This document shows positions 36,551 through 46,260 of a DNA stretch of 61,933 nt, in pieces. This stretch comes from a virus (lineage: Duplodnaviria; Caudoviricetes): the IMG/VR virus record IMGVR_UViG_3300027798_000045, positions 1 through 61,933 of that record. One strand, given 5' to 3'. The notes under the pieces were generated by a model, which saw nothing but the letters and a program-made list of their open reading frames with translations, did no database searches and was not told where the DNA came from. The translations under genes were made by a program, and so were the position numbers. Position 1 is the stretch's first letter, and each line of letters opens with the position of its first letter.

Positions 36551-37296
36551 GTTAGTAGGGGTGTTACAAGCTCCTTGAAGATGTGATTCAAATCTCGGCA
36601 TTCCAAGAGGTATCCACGGCTGGGCGGTTCAGCATTTTCGACAGCCTGACGCCACGTATCCGTGTCGGCGAACGCAGGCACCTCCTTGAAGCAGCAGAAC
36701 CGGTTGCTGTACGGCCTGAAAATCACCGTCGGCCGACCGAGCAGCATCGACCAGTAGGCCCCGTGGAAGGTATTCGTCACGACGACCCGCCCGCTCGATA
36801 GGAACCGGATGACGTTCTCGAAGTAGGAGAACGGCTGCCGATTCTGGAGCCTCGGCGCGTTCACGGACAGCGGAATCTGGGCCGCGTGGTGCTCGTAGAT
36901 GACGAACGGATGCCTCGGCGCGTGCGGCACGTTGAACGCGGGGTGCAGGCACGACGGGCACGGCACGTAATCCCACGGATTGCCGTGGTCCCGGAGCCCG
37001 GCCGCCGCGAACGAGTCGAGAAACTTCGGCCAAATGAACTGCTCGGTGTCGTGGGTGTTCATCCCGATTCCCCACGCGACGCAGGGTTTACCGCGGGCTG
37101 CGACTTGGCTCAGGGTGTCCATCCATTTCCCGTGCAGCATCCCGCCACCCCCTATCAGGTAGGCGTCCGCGTTCGGGATGCTCGACTGGATGTCCACGGG
37201 CCGCACCTTCGAGCGCAGGTCGCGGAAGTACCGCAGCGGGGAGCACGCTTGGTCCCCGATGTTGTCCGGGTCGATGCGATGGATGTTCAGGGTCAT
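36547..37296 (-). CDS. Polysaccharide pyruvyltransferase-like protein
   Basis: NIGD, IGGGG, WGIG, GLRD, VVTNTFHG. Confidence 0.7.
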   Translation of the reverse strand: MTLNIHRIDPDNIGDQACSPLRYFRDLRSKVRPVDIQSSIPNADAYLIGGGGMLHGKWMDTLSQVAARGKPCVAWGIGMNTHDTEQFIWPKFLDSFAAAGLRDHGNPWDYVPCPSCLHPAFNVPHAPRHPFVIYEHHAAQIPLSVNAPRLQNRQPFSYFENVIRFLSSGRVVVTNTFHGAYWSMLLGRPTVIFRPYSNRFCCFKEVPAFADTDTWRQAVENAEPPSRGYLLECRDLNHIFKELVTPLLT

Positions 37297-39272
37297 CGCG
37301 TCGGCGGGTTGTGCTCGAAATACCGCCTCCACTTCCGGACGAAAATCTTCATCGCGTCGGTCGCGAGCTTGGCCTTCATCGGGGACGTGGTCTGAGACTC
37401 GTCGTGGATGCCTACCGCGGTCGGTTCGTACATGACCTTCCAGCCATCACGGCGAACCTTCATGCAGAGGTCGGTGTCCTCGGCGTAGCAGTCGTACTCC
37501 TCGTCGAACCCGCGCACGCCGTAGAACGCAGACCGCCTGACGAGCGCCGAGGCGAACGTGACGCACTCCAGCTCAGTCAGGGCCGTGATACTGACAGCCC
37601 TGCGTCGGTGGTCGATGTGACCGAACCCGATGTCTCCAGTATTCCGACCCATCCCGCCGTGTTGAATCGTTCCATCCGGATACCAGAGTTGCGCGCCCAC
37701 GACGGCAACCTTCGGGTCGTGCATCGCGGCCCGCATCGCGCCCACCGAGCCGGCGTTCATGTAGCAGTCGTCGTTGAGCATCAGGAGGTGCTCTCCGGTC
37801 GCCACCCGCGCGCCCCTCATGCACGTTTTCCCGTACCCGGTCCTGAACCCGGTGGGCGGCACCACGCGCACGCCCGGCCGCATCCCGACGAATCCTGCTG
37901 TGCCGTCGAACGCCACGATTACCTCGTCCACTTGGTCGCGCACCGCCGCGATGCAGCGGTCCAGCCGCGCGTCCACCTTGTACACTGGGATGATTGCCGA
38001 AACCTTGCCGTTCGAGTGCGACGTGAGCCGCTCGTTCACAGCGGTCGCGATGGCGTGGCCGGGGATGGCTTGGCACGGCGGGTCCTGCTGGTTGATGGGA
38101 CAGTGGAACTCGCCGCAGCGGATGCACGACAGCGGCGCGGAGGCGGTCGAGTAATCGGTCAGCTCCGTGAGGCGAAGCTGGGTGTCGTTGCACGTCTCCA
38201 GAACCACGACCCGCTTGTTGAACGCGGCGGCGACGTGGAGCGGGCCGGTGTCGGGCGTAACGACGAGGTCGCTCAGGTAGATGAGCGCCATGAGGTCGCG
38301 GAAGCTGCGAATCTGGACGGGCAGGATGTTCGCCGTGGCATCGCCTTGAAACGCCCACACGCACGACCCGTTGATGAGCCCTGCGGCGGTCGAAAGTGAA
38401 TCCAGCTTCACGGCCCGGTTTGGCCATGAGCCAGACTTGGGCACCATGGCGACCCACGGCTTCGGGTAGCGCGAGAGCTGGTCCCGCATCGCCATGATTT
38501 CCTGCTCCATGAGGAACAGGTTCGGGACGCGGTTGTGAAAATCGGGAACCGGGAAACCTCCCGCGCGTAGTTGCTCCGACGCGGCCTCCAGCATCAGCAG
38601 GCCGATGTCCTTCTTGTTCCGGTCCGGGCTTTTCTCGTACGTCTTGTCCAGCTCGACGGTGGTTTTCCTGCCGTCCGTGATGAAACCAGCGACGTGCGGG
38701 TGGTTGTTGAGCGGGTGGCGAGCGCCGGCCGAGCACGCAAAATTCACGTCGTACCCGAGCGCGTGCATCTTGGTCGCCAGAATCGACGCGAGAATCACGT
38801 CACCGAGCGCGTCCATGCGGCGGATGGACACCGTGGGCCGCTCAGGTTTGGCGACGTGGACGGGCGCGGGTTCCGGAGCGGGTTCTGGAGCGGCTGACTC
38901 GGTCACGTACCAGCACGTCGGCGGAAACTCGGCCGGCTGGAGGTGTTTCAGGGGCACCCAAACCTTGAGTTTTAGGTGGCACCCGCAGGATTGGCAGGTG
39001 TGCAGGTTTGCGTCGTTCCCGGTGCGGAGATCGATCTGACTGCGGAGGGATTCCTGCTGGCGGATTGCCTCGGCGATGGACGTTTCGAGACGCTTCCTGC
39101 GGATGACGTTCTGGGGACACTGGGCACAGATGGCGGCCCGCCGTTCAGCAAGCGCGGGCACAACGGGGTCGCCGCCGTCGCCAATCCACTCGGCAAGGGT
39201 CTTCGCTGCAACCGCGTCCTGCTTGACGCGGTCAACGGCCGCACGTACGGCATCCGCTAGACGTTGAAGCAT
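37293..39272 (-). CDS. Fusion of Cys-rich domain, GT9-like and GT2 glycosyltransferases
   Basis: CAQC...CQSCGC; RMDALGDVI and VVTPDTGPLHVAAAF (GT9); SAIIP, LNDD, IQHGG, GFDEEY...EDTDLC (GT2). Confidence 0.85.
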   Translation of the reverse strand: MLQRLADAVRAAVDRVKQDAVAAKTLAEWIGDGGDPVVPALAERRAAICAQCPQNVIRRKRLETSIAEAIRQQESLRSQIDLRTGNDANLHTCQSCGCHLKLKVWVPLKHLQPAEFPPTCWYVTESAAPEPAPEPAPVHVAKPERPTVSIRRMDALGDVILASILATKMHALGYDVNFACSAGARHPLNNHPHVAGFITDGRKTTVELDKTYEKSPDRNKKDIGLLMLEAASEQLRAGGFPVPDFHNRVPNLFLMEQEIMAMRDQLSRYPKPWVAMVPKSGSWPNRAVKLDSLSTAAGLINGSCVWAFQGDATANILPVQIRSFRDLMALIYLSDLVVTPDTGPLHVAAAFNKRVVVLETCNDTQLRLTELTDYSTASAPLSCIRCGEFHCPINQQDPPCQAIPGHAIATAVNERLTSHSNGKVSAIIPVYKVDARLDRCIAAVRDQVDEVIVAFDGTAGFVGMRPGVRVVPPTGFRTGYGKTCMRGARVATGEHLLMLNDDCYMNAGSVGAMRAAMHDPKVAVVGAQLWYPDGTIQHGGMGRNTGDIGFGHIDHRRRAVSITALTELECVTFASALVRRSAFYGVRGFDEEYDCYAEDTDLCMKVRRDGWKVMYEPTAVGIHDESQTTSPMKAKLATDAMKIFVRKWRRYFEHNPPTR

Positions 39273-39558
39273 GAAGTGCGTGAATGGTTGCGGTGGTTTG
39301 CCCGTCCGGGATGGACTCGCAATAGGACGGGTCGTTGCCGAGCCGGGCGCAGGTAAAAGCGTCTAGGTCGGCCGAAATCGAGAGCGAATCAAGCGGCAAC
39401 GGGTAGCCCGGATTCGCCTGACGATGCTCCGTGACGCGCTTCACGGTGGTCGCAAACGAGTCGGACATCGGGAGCGGCGCGGACCAGTTTGTCTCAGGCT
39501 GCCTGAAAATCCAGCCACCTGGAGGGAACGAATTGCGGTTTTTCAGGACGTAGCGCAT
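39232..39558 (-). CDS. Small Cys-containing protein (PPGGW motif)
   Basis: Operon position; overlaps the GT fusion start; ends GCRTCGR. Confidence 0.6.
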   Translation of the reverse strand: MRYVLKNRNSFPPGGWIFRQPETNWSAPLPMSDSFATTVKRVTEHRQANPGYPLPLDSLSISADLDAFTCARLGNDPSYCESIPDGQTTATIHALHASTSSGCRTCGR

Positions 39559-39561
39559 GGG

Positions 39562-39876
39562 TTAACCGTTGAACTCCACCGTTCCACTCGCAATCGAAAG
39601 CTCTCCGTACCACCGACCGTCTCGCGCCTGCGCGGCCTTGGGGTACACGCGACCGGCGACCGTCACCCTACGGCCCGCGGTAAGCTCTCCGAGGCTCCGA
39701 CGAATCGTGCTTCCGAACAGCGATATGGACACCCTCTGAGCACGGTCGCTTCCGGGAGGGTGCGGATCGAGGAAAATGTTGAACGCCACGAACGACGGCT
39801 TGTTCGCGTCAGGAGGCTCAACAACCACGGCATCGTGCTCGATTGTACCGGTGGTGATTCCGTGGACAGAAGTCAT
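39562..39876 (-). CDS. OB-fold/SSB-like protein
   Basis: ISLFG...LTAGRRVTVAGRV resembles the SSB core; ATG 39876 coupled to the terL stop. Confidence 0.45.
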   Translation of the reverse strand: MTSVHGITTGTIEHDAVVVEPPDANKPSFVAFNIFLDPHPPGSDRAQRVSISLFGSTIRRSLGELTAGRRVTVAGRVYPKAAQARDGRWYGELSIASGTVEFNG

Positions 39877-41681
39877 ACGGAAGTGAGTGAGTGGCGGGCT
39901 GACAGGTCGCGCTGCATGGTTGCTTTCTTTTTCAGCCACTCAGGGGTGGCGCGTTTCGTGACTACTCCAACTCCAGCTCCAGACGCAATCTTGAAACCGC
40001 GTCTCCGAGCGACTTCAATAGCCGCAACCAGCGAATCCCACAAGTCCGGACTTCGTCCCATGCGAAGTTTTGTGATGTCCTTGGTCTCGACATCGACCTT
40101 GCCGTTCTTGTTGATGCCCCACTCGCGGCTCGCACCCTCCTCGGCGCACTCACGCGAGAGCTGCCGGATTTGCTTGCCTTCTACGACGAGCCGTGACGCA
40201 AACCAGAGCGCGGTGACGTTCTTCCCGTAGGCTTCTCGCTCAGTTTTCGGGTCGCCCTCGCGCACAGGCCGCGAGTCGGAAGGCAGGCCACCGAACTCGA
40301 TTGGAACGACCATCGGGGACCAGAGCCTGGCGAACGCGGACATCAGCGTGCCGCGGCCCGTCGAATCGAACCCGACGTTTTCAGGAGCAATCCCGCGCGA
40401 TTCAGCGTATGATTTCACCCATGACGCGATTTGTTCTTCGGGTTCTACGCCTGTTTTGGGGCTTACTGGAACGATTGCCTGGGGTTCGGTCATGGCTATC
40501 CCAATGGTCCCGTCCACAAGCGGTCCGAACGTCAGGTCGGTCAGGGAGCATCGGTCGCCGCCAACACCGGAGTAGGCGGCGTCCACGGCGATGACCCGCG
40601 TGAGCTTCTTCACGTCGAGCCAGACGGCCTCCTCGAACGCACGGTTGGCCTCGCAAGACGACAGCGTGACGACGCGCCGGCTGCCGCCCGTCTTGGGCAT
40701 GCAGCCGAGGTTCATCATCGAGAACTGGAGCGAGTCTCGGCCGTAGTACGCAAGGTCGTTGTCGATGTCCTCCGGCTTGATGAGCCACGGGAACGGGTTC
40801 ACCCCGCGCGGGTAGTCGTAGTTCGGGCTGTCGTACCCGCAGATTTGTATGGCCCGCCCACCAATCGACCGCGTGTTCCAGACGCGCGTCCGCTCCTCGT
40901 AGCCGAGGCCGTCCCAGCCGCCCGCTGACGGGTGCGGCTCGCAGATAATCCCGAGCGCGTCGTTCTGGTCTTTCGGATTTCCAAGGGCGATGAGCTGGAA
41001 ATCAGGGTTTTTCCGAAGGTTCGCCACGGAATCGAGGAACCCGCGGGCCATGAGCGACGCTTCGTCCGCGATGAGCACGACGCGGTCGTTCTTTAGGCCG
41101 ACGTAGTTCGACAGACCAACGAACTGGCCGCCGACTTTGCACGCCACGCCGATGATGCCGTCGCGGTAGTCCTGCGCGTCGTCCTCCGCGTCGGCCATGG
41201 TGAGCATGTACCGGCTTTCAATGATTCTGCCCGGAAGGTGCGGTCGGCGAATCTTCGCGGAGTTGAACAGCTCCTTGACCGACCCCCAAACGCGGAGCTG
41301 GAGGCCCTGCGTGGTGGTGGTGGACATTATGACCGACGTGTTCTGCGGCCAGATGAACAGCTTGGTGAGCCCGTAGGCCGCGGCGCAGTACGTCTTGCCG
41401 GAGGAGGCTGGCCCCATGACGCCGGTCTCCTTGTTGCGCGCGAACTCGGGGATCAGGAGGTTCGACCACTTGTGCCACGCGAACCGCGGCCAGAGGCACT
41501 TCATCGCCTCCTTGTAGTGCCAGTCGATGCCGTTGCCGTAGCGGACGCCGTTGCCGATGATGTACCCGCCCGACCGGACCATGGTTTTCTCTCGCTCAAA
41601 CGGGTCGAGAGTTTTCCACTTGAGGTCGAGGTAGTTTCCAGTCCTGATTTCAGCCTCTGAGGCGACGTTCTTAGAATCCAT
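39873..41681 (-). CDS. terL: Terminase large subunit
   Basis: GPASSGKT Walker A, VLIADE Walker B, GNP coupling motif, AVDAA/FDSTG/SPDLWDS nuclease acidic residues. Confidence 0.9.
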   Translation of the reverse strand: MDSKNVASEAEIRTGNYLDLKWKTLDPFEREKTMVRSGGYIIGNGVRYGNGIDWHYKEAMKCLWPRFAWHKWSNLLIPEFARNKETGVMGPASSGKTYCAAAYGLTKLFIWPQNTSVIMSTTTTQGLQLRVWGSVKELFNSAKIRRPHLPGRIIESRYMLTMADAEDDAQDYRDGIIGVACKVGGQFVGLSNYVGLKNDRVVLIADEASLMARGFLDSVANLRKNPDFQLIALGNPKDQNDALGIICEPHPSAGGWDGLGYEERTRVWNTRSIGGRAIQICGYDSPNYDYPRGVNPFPWLIKPEDIDNDLAYYGRDSLQFSMMNLGCMPKTGGSRRVVTLSSCEANRAFEEAVWLDVKKLTRVIAVDAAYSGVGGDRCSLTDLTFGPLVDGTIGIAMTEPQAIVPVSPKTGVEPEEQIASWVKSYAESRGIAPENVGFDSTGRGTLMSAFARLWSPMVVPIEFGGLPSDSRPVREGDPKTEREAYGKNVTALWFASRLVVEGKQIRQLSRECAEEGASREWGINKNGKVDVETKDITKLRMGRSPDLWDSLVAAIEVARRRGFKIASGAGVGVVTKRATPEWLKKKATMQRDLSARHSLTSV

Positions 41682-41723
41682 CTTGCGGAACGCTCGCAGT
41701 TCGGGCCTGATTGCTCAAGAGCG

Positions 41724-43532
41724 ATGACGAACGACCGAAACCGGCTGGTTGACGGATACCTGTCCTACGAGGCCGGTGTCGATTCCGGCTTCGCGCCGAA
41801 TCTCATCGGCGTCAACCAGCTTGCGTGGGCCGTGAACACGACGGTTCGTGGCGGTTTCCCAACCCCGCGGCCCGGATGGCGGAAGATTACCTGCACGCTG
41901 CCGTCCGGCCTGTTCCAAGGCGCGGGCCAGTACATCGCAGACCCTATCGAAGGTGCGCCAACCGGCCTCCCGTACATCGCGGTGTCGATCAGCGGCCTGA
42001 TTCACCGGATCAGCATCAGCGAGAATTACGCCGTCACGAACATCAGCATCCCGAGCGACCCGAACCAAGCCGACCTGCCGCACGCATGGTTTCAGCAGGC
42101 CGAGAACTGGCTCATCGTCCAGAACGGGTCGAATTTGCCGTACCTCTACAACGGAGCGTCGGCGATTCGGTCCGACCCCGAGACGCAGGTCCCTGTTGGA
42201 GGGCCGATGGCGTACGGCAAGGGCCGTCTATGGGTGGCCCGTGACAACCTGTACTACGGCGGCGACCTCGTTTACAGCGACCCGGCGCTCGGGCGGAACT
42301 CGGTCATCTACTACACCGAAAACACGTTCCTGAACGAAGGTGGAGCGTTTGCCGTGCCGGGCGGGAACATCACCGGCCTCGCGTTCGCCGCAAACCTCGA
42401 CAGCTCGCTCGGGGACGGCGACCTCATGGTGTTCACGACGAGCAACGTGTTCGCGTTCTCGGCACCCATCGACCGCGATGTCTGGAAAGACCTCCAGTAC
42501 CCCATCCAGCGGTTCGCGCTGCTGAATTTCGGGGCGCTGAACCACGAGTCGATTGCGGTCGTGAACGGCGACTTGCTGTTCCGGTCGCAGGACGGCATCC
42601 GGTCGCTCATGGTAGCCCGCCGCGACTTCACCGATTGGGGGCAGAGCCCGATCAGCCGGCAAGTCGTTCGCGCGCTCAAGTACGACACGTTGAACCGCCT
42701 CGGCGCGGCGTCGGCGGTGAACTTCGACAACCGATTCCTGCTCACTATCCAGCCGCAGCAGGACCAAGCGCACGGCACGTACCACCGCGGCCTCGTGGCG
42801 CTCGACTACGACCTCGTGTCCGGGATGGGCACGAAGCTGCCGCCTGCTTGGGAGGGCGTCTGGACGGGGCTGAACATCCTGCGAATCCTGACCGTTCGTG
42901 TCGAAAACGTGGACCGGTGCTACATTTTCGCGCTGTCGGAGACGAACGAAATCGAGCTTTGGGAGGTCACGCGCGGCGACCGGTTTGACCAAGACGGAAC
43001 CGACGACGTGCGAATCAAGTGGGCTATCGAGACCCGCTCCACAACGTTCGCGAAGCCGTTCGACGCGAAGCGGCTCGAAGCGATGGACCAGTGGTACGAC
43101 CAGCTCACCGGGCAACTCGACGTGACGGCCCGCTTCCGGCCGAACCTGTCGGAGTGCTGGACGCCGTGGGCCACGTACTCGGACTGCGCGCAGTACCGGA
43201 GCTGCGACCCGGTGACGCCCGGAGACTGCCAGATTCCGGCATATTTCCGGTCTCAGTCGCGGGCCAGGATGGCGTTCACGCGCCCCCCAGACGTGGTGGA
43301 CCCTCAAACTGGACGCTTTACTCGCATCGGCTATGAGTTTCAAATGCGGTTGGAGCTTGAAGGGTACGCCCGACTCCAGCGGTTGCAGTTCGTGACCAAC
43401 GCCGAGCAGGACGATATGTACGGGGACGCTTCCAAGACGGAGTGCATCACGGTCGCCGGGGGCGACTGCTCCACGGGTTCGTGTGGCGCGGTGACGTGCT
43501 GTGACCCGGACGACTTCACCTACAAAATCTGA
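41724..43532 (+). CDS. Tail tubular/nozzle (stabilisation) protein, phage B
   Basis: Homologue of 758-2605. Confidence 0.7.
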   Translation: MTNDRNRLVDGYLSYEAGVDSGFAPNLIGVNQLAWAVNTTVRGGFPTPRPGWRKITCTLPSGLFQGAGQYIADPIEGAPTGLPYIAVSISGLIHRISISENYAVTNISIPSDPNQADLPHAWFQQAENWLIVQNGSNLPYLYNGASAIRSDPETQVPVGGPMAYGKGRLWVARDNLYYGGDLVYSDPALGRNSVIYYTENTFLNEGGAFAVPGGNITGLAFAANLDSSLGDGDLMVFTTSNVFAFSAPIDRDVWKDLQYPIQRFALLNFGALNHESIAVVNGDLLFRSQDGIRSLMVARRDFTDWGQSPISRQVVRALKYDTLNRLGAASAVNFDNRFLLTIQPQQDQAHGTYHRGLVALDYDLVSGMGTKLPPAWEGVWTGLNILRILTVRVENVDRCYIFALSETNEIELWEVTRGDRFDQDGTDDVRIKWAIETRSTTFAKPFDAKRLEAMDQWYDQLTGQLDVTARFRPNLSECWTPWATYSDCAQYRSCDPVTPGDCQIPAYFRSQSRARMAFTRPPDVVDPQTGRFTRIGYEFQMRLELEGYARLQRLQFVTNAEQDDMYGDASKTECITVAGGDCSTGSCGAVTCCDPDDFTYKI

Positions 43533-43535
43533 GCC

Positions 43536-44510
43536 ATGGCTGCCGTCATCACACTTTCCGCAGGAACGCTACCTCCTCCGTCGTGCTACGCCGACGAGCA
43601 GGAGCGCCTCGATGCCTACGTGGCAGCCATCACGGCCACGCTCACCGGTGGCATCCAATGGCAGTCCTCGCAGGGTGCGCCTTCGGACCTGACGCTCTAC
43701 TGGCTCCGCTTGGACGTGAGCAACCGGCCCGTCGAGGCGTTGAAATACTCGACCGCGGACGGGGCGTGGGTCCGGTATCTGGACGAGGTAATTTTCCTCG
43801 GGGACGCGACCGGCACGCTTGGGAACTACCAGTCGGCTCCGGTGCCGCAGTTCCTCACCAGCGCGACGGCGTACGCCTACGGTCGGATGTACGTCTTCAA
43901 GGCTCCGCACACGAACACCGGGGCCGCGACGCTGAACATCAACCTCCTCGGGTCTCGGCCGATCACGCGGGCTGGAGCAGTCGCGTTGGTCGCGGGCGAC
44001 ATCGTCGTTGAGCAGATGATTATCGTCGTGTACGACGGCACGAATTTCCAGATGCTGAACCCGTCCGCGCAGGCGACGGTTTCGGTGTCGAACATCACGC
44101 CCGGGACGGACCGGCAGTTTCTCAGGACCAGCTCGACTCCGGCCACGGTTTGGGAGTCGGCTTACATCACGCCGGAGGCGAGCTACCAAGCGATTCCTGC
44201 GGCCGGCGCGAAGGTTGAGTTGTCGCACGGGTTTAGCGTGGTTCCGATTGCGTGGACCATCGGAATCGTGTGCATTGCTGACACTGGCGATTTAGGGTAC
44301 GCAAAGTATGATTACATCGACGTAGGCGGCCTGCTTCGTGCTGGGCTTTCAGAGAGCGACCATCGCACAACCGGGTACGCAACGACTAGCGTGCTTGGTA
44401 TGGTAAGGGGGTCGCTTGTTGACTTTGTTAGCATCAACAACAAGGGGACTGGAGTCGTCACCGCCATCGACACGGCCAAGTGGCGAGTCATGGCTCGCGC
44501 CATCCGCTGA
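43536..44510 (+). CDS. Tail fibre/adaptor-like structural protein
   Basis: FKAPHTNTGAATLNIN...LVAGDI...VVYDGTNFQMLN is a common fibre domain. Confidence 0.65.
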   Translation: MAAVITLSAGTLPPPSCYADEQERLDAYVAAITATLTGGIQWQSSQGAPSDLTLYWLRLDVSNRPVEALKYSTADGAWVRYLDEVIFLGDATGTLGNYQSAPVPQFLTSATAYAYGRMYVFKAPHTNTGAATLNINLLGSRPITRAGAVALVAGDIVVEQMIIVVYDGTNFQMLNPSAQATVSVSNITPGTDRQFLRTSSTPATVWESAYITPEASYQAIPAAGAKVELSHGFSVVPIAWTIGIVCIADTGDLGYAKYDYIDVGGLLRAGLSESDHRTTGYATTSVLGMVRGSLVDFVSINNKGTGVVTAIDTAKWRVMARAIR

Positions 44511-44513
44511 ACC

Positions 44514-45566
44514 ATGAGCCGCCTCAACCTAGCGCAAGTCAAAGCCTCCTCGATTCCCGCCGCCATTGGAATCGGGGCCTGCGACCCGCGGTTCATCACG
44601 ACGCTGAACGAGGCTCAGGAACGGCTCGCCAACGCCGGCAAGTGGTGGGGCACGTACAAGCGCCTCCGCATTTGCGTCACGGCGAACTGCATCACCTGGC
44701 CGCGCGACGTGAAGGTAGTCGAAGGCTTCATCCAATGCGGTTTCTCGCTACCCATCGCGAACGCATGGTTCGATTTTCAGGAAAACGTCCGGTCTCCGGC
44801 CGTCGGCGGCTGCCAGTGTGACGGCTCGATGCTCCTTGACCGCGGGCTGGTCTCTCAAAACCGGGACTTCTCGACGCCGTCCAAGATTCGGCTGTACCCC
44901 GCGTCTGCGACCGACGCCGGCAAGCGGGTTCTCATCCAGGGCCTCGACCAGAACGGCGTGGCGGTCCGCACGCTAGATGGAACGACGTGGGTGGACGGCG
45001 AGTACCTAACCCTCGCGAGCCCGTTCGTCACCTCGACGTTCACGTACTCCGCGCCGGGCCTCACGGGCGTCCAGAAGCCGCTCACGAACTCGCGGGTGCT
45101 GGCGTACTCGGTCGCTGCAAACTCCGGGAACGAGACGCAGATTGCCGTCTGGGATTCCAGCGAGCGCAACCCATCGTACCGTAGGTCGTACCTGACCAAC
45201 CTCGCGCAGCTCTGCGGCGACACGGCGTCGTGCAACTCGTGCGCCGACGAGGGCGACGGGTGCGTGTCGGCCATGGAGGACTGCTCGAACATCGTCGCCG
45301 AGACGATTGTCCGGCTCGAATTTGTGCCCGTGGTCGTCGATTCCGACTGGTGCTTCATCGGGAACATCGGGGCCTTGAAATCGGCCATGAAGTGCTTGGT
45401 GAAGGAGGACAAGAATTTGCAGCAGGAGGCGATGGTGGACTGGATGCAGGCAATCAGGCTGCTTCGGTCCGAGCTGGATGCGTACAGCCCGCCCGACCAG
45501 ATTGCGGTGAACGTGCAAGTGATGGGAACCGCGCCGGTTTGGCGTGTAACTGGAGGATTTGTCTAA
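44514..45566 (+). CDS. Tail adaptor/tubular protein A-like, phage B
   Basis: Homologue of 3362-4333. Confidence 0.6.
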   Translation: MSRLNLAQVKASSIPAAIGIGACDPRFITTLNEAQERLANAGKWWGTYKRLRICVTANCITWPRDVKVVEGFIQCGFSLPIANAWFDFQENVRSPAVGGCQCDGSMLLDRGLVSQNRDFSTPSKIRLYPASATDAGKRVLIQGLDQNGVAVRTLDGTTWVDGEYLTLASPFVTSTFTYSAPGLTGVQKPLTNSRVLAYSVAANSGNETQIAVWDSSERNPSYRRSYLTNLAQLCGDTASCNSCADEGDGCVSAMEDCSNIVAETIVRLEFVPVVVDSDWCFIGNIGALKSAMKCLVKEDKNLQQEAMVDWMQAIRLLRSELDAYSPPDQIAVNVQVMGTAPVWRVTGGFV

Positions 45567-46249
45567 TGGAAATGATGGGACTAGGCACCCTGATGGGTGC
45601 CAACGCGGCGAAGATGGCTCAGAGGAAGCTGGACGAAATCGTCCGGATGCCTGAGTTGGACGTTGGCAACGCCTACGGGCAGGCCATCGGGGCAATCAAC
45701 GCCAACCAAGCCGGTGCGGAGGGGGTGGCTCGTCGCACAAATCAGTTCAACCAAGGACAGATTAACGACGTTCTGGAACAGGGAGTTCCTGGATTCTCGG
45801 AGATGCAGCGGCGTCGCGTCAAACAGGCGACGGACCTGCTCGGCGGCGGCATCCCGGAGGACGTGCAGCGCCAGGTGTACCGGTCGTCGGCAGGTCGCGC
45901 GCTGCAAGGCGGGTTCTCGGGGTCTCCGGCTGGCCGCAACCTCACGGCCCGCGACTTCGGCCGCACGTCGCTGGACATGATTGATCGCGGAAACCAGATG
46001 ACGGGCAGCATTCTGTCGAGTACACCGTTGGCGCGCACGCAGGGGAGCAACGACATCCTGAACCTGTCGGGCGGCGATTTCGCGAAGCTCCGGTCGAACG
46101 AGCGGACCGAGAAGATGTCCGCGATGCGCGACCGGGCAATCGCCCCCGGCGCTACGGCGGTTGGTGGGCAGGGCCTCCAGCAGATGGGCAAGTCACTGAT
46201 GGAGCTGGCCGGTTCGATGGGTGGTGCGGCGAGGGGCGGAGGCATGTAA
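45566..46249 (+). CDS. Internal virion/ejection protein
   Basis: Start reassigned to ATG 45566; homologue of 4417-5274. Confidence 0.6.
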   Translation: MEMMGLGTLMGANAAKMAQRKLDEIVRMPELDVGNAYGQAIGAINANQAGAEGVARRTNQFNQGQINDVLEQGVPGFSEMQRRRVKQATDLLGGGIPEDVQRQVYRSSAGRALQGGFSGSPAGRNLTARDFGRTSLDMIDRGNQMTGSILSSTPLARTQGSNDILNLSGGDFAKLRSNERTEKMSAMRDRAIAPGATAVGGQGLQQMGKSLMELAGSMGGAARGGGM

Positions 46250-46260
46250 CCGATACGATT

